Shown: positions 33,838 through 36,937 of the stretch, one piece after another | Position numbering within the stretch: position 1 is the stretch's first letter | Layout of the letters: every line of letters starts with the position of its first letter | Source of the DNA: Octopus bimaculoides | Lineage: Eukaryota | NCBI RefSeq assembly: GCF_001194135.2 | Contig: NC_068995.1 | Coordinates: 23,501,743 to 23,538,679 of the forward strand | DNA: 36,937 nt | Direction of reading: 5' to 3' | The notes under the pieces: model-generated | The model's database searches: none | Seen by the model: the letters and a program-made list of their open reading frames with translations, nothing else | What the model was told of the DNA's origin: nothing | Program-made: the position numbers and the translations under genes

Positions 33838-33952
33838 CACGTATGTATGTATGTATGTACGTATGTATGTATGTATGTATGTATGTATGTATGTATGTAT
33901 GTATGTATATATATATATATATATATACATACATACATATTTATCTATAAAT

Positions 33953-33985
<33 letters not shown>

Positions 33986-33993
33986 AATATATA
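33838..33993. repeat. (TATG)n/(TA)n microsatellite flanking gap 33994-34308
   Basis: Directly visible. Confidence 0.95.
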
Positions 33994-34315
33994 NNNNNNN
34001 NNNNNNNNNNNNNNNNNNNNNNNNNNNNNNNNNNNNNNNNNNNNNNNNNNNNNNNNNNNNNNNNNNNNNNNNNNNNNNNNNNNNNNNNNNNNNNNNNNNN
34101 NNNNNNNNNNNNNNNNNNNNNNNNNNNNNNNNNNNNNNNNNNNNNNNNNNNNNNNNNNNNNNNNNNNNNNNNNNNNNNNNNNNNNNNNNNNNNNNNNNNN
34201 NNNNNNNNNNNNNNNNNNNNNNNNNNNNNNNNNNNNNNNNNNNNNNNNNNNNNNNNNNNNNNNNNNNNNNNNNNNNNNNNNNNNNNNNNNNNNNNNNNNN
34301 NNNNNNNNTATATAT

Positions 34316-34353
<38 letters not shown>

Positions 34354-34873
34354 TCTCAAACGCACACATATATGTGCGGTGGGGAGAGAGAGCGGGATGC
34401 ATCGTATAATTCCAGTAACATTTCTTTCCTGGCAGTTAAAATATGTTCGCTGTGAATATACCTGTATCTTGAGAAATCATGATCACTGAAAATGCTGTAA
34501 GCATTTGGGATAACTTTTACGGTAATCATGAATTGTATTTTATATCTCGGTGTATCAACACAATATTCATCAATATTTTTATTGTTTTATTGTTTGAGAG
34601 GCAACTTCCATGTGTTAAAACTCTTAGCTTCCAAGAAAACTAGAATAGTTAATGTTGTATACCTACGATATTAGTTATCATTTTGTTTCCGTATCCCTAG
34701 CAACCAATACCTAGTACAACTATTTTTCAGAGTTATGAATTAACAGTGAACATAAAAGATATATAGATACCGGATTTTTTTCGGTGCATGTATTATTGTT
34801 TCAATGTATGTTAATTTTATGAATCAACCAAGTTGCAATGACGGTTTGAAAGCTATGATATTGTGAATAAATT

Positions 34874-35240
34874 GGAGCAGACCTGGCTGTGTGGTAAGAA
34901 TTTTGCATTTAACCTATATGGTTCTGGGTTCATCCTTCTGCGTTACACCTTGGGCACGTTTCGCATACTATGGCCTCGGGCTTACCAAAGCCTTGTGTGT
35001 GGATTTCGTAGACGGAAACTGATATATGTATGTGTGTGTCTTGGTGTCTGTGTTTGTTCCCTACTACTGTTTGACGACTGGTTTTGGTGTGTTTTCGTCT
35101 CCGTAACGCAGAGGTTCGGCAAAAATTGTCCGACAAAATAAGTACCTGGTTTAGAAAAAAGTACCGTGGTCGATTAAACTTCTCCAAAGCAGTACCCCAG
35201 GATGGTCGCAGTCTAATGACTGAAACGAGTAAAAGGATTT
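34874..35240 (+). mobile_element. SINE family B, diverged near full length
   Basis: tggctgtgtggtaag head, caccttgggca, ccaaagccttgtgtgtggatt..gacggaaactga, tail aatgactgaaacgagtaaaag. Confidence 0.85.
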
Positions 35241-35847
35241 TTAAAAAAACAGAAAGAAAAACAGACCGAAGAAGAACGATCAAAATACCAAATATAAACC
35301 TCAGGTTTGGTGCATCACTCGACGAAAATGTTTGTCCAATGATAACAAAATAGAATGTCTATAAAGGTCTTTATTGTCGGGGTAAGTTACAATAAGAAGT
35401 CCAATGGTTTGAGACAATATTTCGTTAACTGAAAATTGTACTGATATCCTTATTTTTGAAAAAAACAAAGTCGTAACTATTACTGAAAAACTTTACTATT
35501 CTAGTGAAAATACGTCTGTTGAGCAAAAGTTGAGAGCAACGTTATTAATAAAACAATACGAAAATGCTTTTGCTGAACCTAAGTTAAAAGCAAAGTCATT
35601 AATAAAACAAGATAAAACGAAAATTACCAAACATGTGCTTCGTATTTCCGTTTTATTTATTGACGAATCTTCCGAAGACTTTTAGTAAAAAAGGACGCTT
35701 ATTCTTATATTTGTTCACAACATTTCCACGCAAGATTGTGAGACGATGGCTATAAATACATCATAATGACAGTAACATATTTATATTCAGATATTTGAAG
35801 TATTTATAAAATGCTCCATTAGTCATTTTATTATGGGTTACAAGCAA

Positions 35848-36041
35848 GGCGGCGAGCTGGCAGAAACATTAGCACACCGGGCGAAGTACTCAGTGGTATT
35901 TTGTCTGTCTTTACGATCTGAGTTCAAATTCCGCCGAGATCGCCTTTCCTTTTCATGCTTCCGGGGTACTGGGCTCGATCTAATCGACTGGCCCCCTCTC
36001 CAAAAATTTTGGGCCTTGTGCCTAGAGTAGAAAAGACTATT
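35848..36041 (+). mobile_element. SINE family A with short internal deletion
   Basis: Head ggcggcgagctggcagaaacattagc, B box gagttcaaattcc, tail ggccttgtgcctagagtagaaaag. Confidence 0.88.
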
Positions 36042-36042
36042 G

Positions 36043-36237
36043 GTTACAAGTTTTGGTACAAGGCCAGCAGTTTCGTGAAGTGGGGTAAGTGGATTAAATC
36101 GATCTCAGTGCTCAACTGGTATTATTTTATCGACCCCAAACAGATTAAAGGCAAAGTTAACCCCGGAGAAATTTGAATTCAGAACGTAATGACGGGTGAA
36201 ATACCGCAAACTATTTTGCCCGGCTGGCAGCCTCTTT
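36043..36237 (-). mobile_element. SINE family A, tail-to-tail with the preceding copy
   Basis: caaggccagcagttt...ctggtattattttatcgacccc...gaaatttgaattcagaacgtaat is the reverse complement of family A. Confidence 0.85.
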
Positions 36238-36937
36238 AATCACTTTAATATTAAAACTTAATTCATAATAAATAAAACAGATATAAACCAAGATCATAGA
36301 ATACAGAGTGGAAACGTTTGGGTAAAATCTTTATCCAAGCTTTATATAACCATTTCTTATTTGCCTTTGTCAAAAATAACAAAGCAAATTATATTTAGAT
36401 TGCGTTACTTTCAATGCATACATTCGTAGAAACTTTGTATTCAGATATTTCTGTTAACTAGGTCTAAAGCTAGGACTGGTATTATAAAGCTATCAATATG
36501 TAATAATTATAATTTAGAAACATAAAACAATACACGAATACTGAATTAAATGCATATGCAAACCCTTACCAGCATATGCCAGGCTTATATATTCGAGGAT
36601 TTATTTGTTATTCTTAACTGCTTTCAACGAGACATGTTGCTTCAAACATCGATGCGTATGTATGGAAACAGAAAAGGCATACCAAATTAAAAAAGAGTTT
36701 ACAGCAGCAAAATGCAAACTAGAATTTTCTCTGAGATTTTTCTCAAAATCAAGTATAAAAACTCAGGACCATATCGAATCTTAATTTCTTCACCATTTTT
36801 ATCTAGTAACCTATTCACCACTAGTTGTACTTGAAACACGTCATGTTCTTCCCTAAATTTCTTACATTCTCATACTTTCAGTCAATCACTTCTGATCATC
36901 AGAGCTTCATTGGTTGAAATTCTAATAGAAAGTAAAA

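Larger units (their letters stand above)
2488..34308. other. Ten assembly gaps: 2488-2497, 11402-12024, 18259-18268, 18829-19347, 21649-21660, 26470-26643, 28990-29000, 29415-29490, 31805-31814, 33994-34308
   Basis: N runs, mostly bordered by (TA)n or (GT)n. Confidence 0.99.

Overview
AT-rich, repeat-dominated eukaryotic DNA from a short-read scaffold with 10 N-gaps, most beside (TA)n or (GT)n tracts. The SINE and LINE families look like those of an octopod cephalopod (Octopus-like); this is recognition from memory, not a search. No intact protein-coding gene can be supported, and most track ORFs are microsatellite or gap artefacts. Supported content: two tRNA-derived SINE families in many copies, several decayed R4/Dong-clade LINE pieces, the 5' part of an L1/Tx1-like LINE, two Penelope-like (PLE) GIY-YIG remnants, two DD41D-type Tc1/mariner fragments, a ~410 bp element with 103 bp terminal inverted repeats, microsatellites, a degenerate minisatellite and several foldback palindromes. 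Best candidate for an undescribed system: a non-coding repeat at 19486-20883 (two tandem units 354 bp apart, one inverted unit, one partial unit) whose three fuller units begin with a minimal type I hammerhead ribozyme motif with a palindromic stem III. This is a retrozyme-like architecture; the copy at 20622-20664 keeps the full catalytic core and a GUC site. Other PLE-type hammerhead remnants occur in the window, one downstream of a tRNA-like Pol III module fused to a PLE 3' end. Weak exon candidates suggest the window may be intronic, but no host gene could be identified. Repeat boundaries are approximate and were read by eye.
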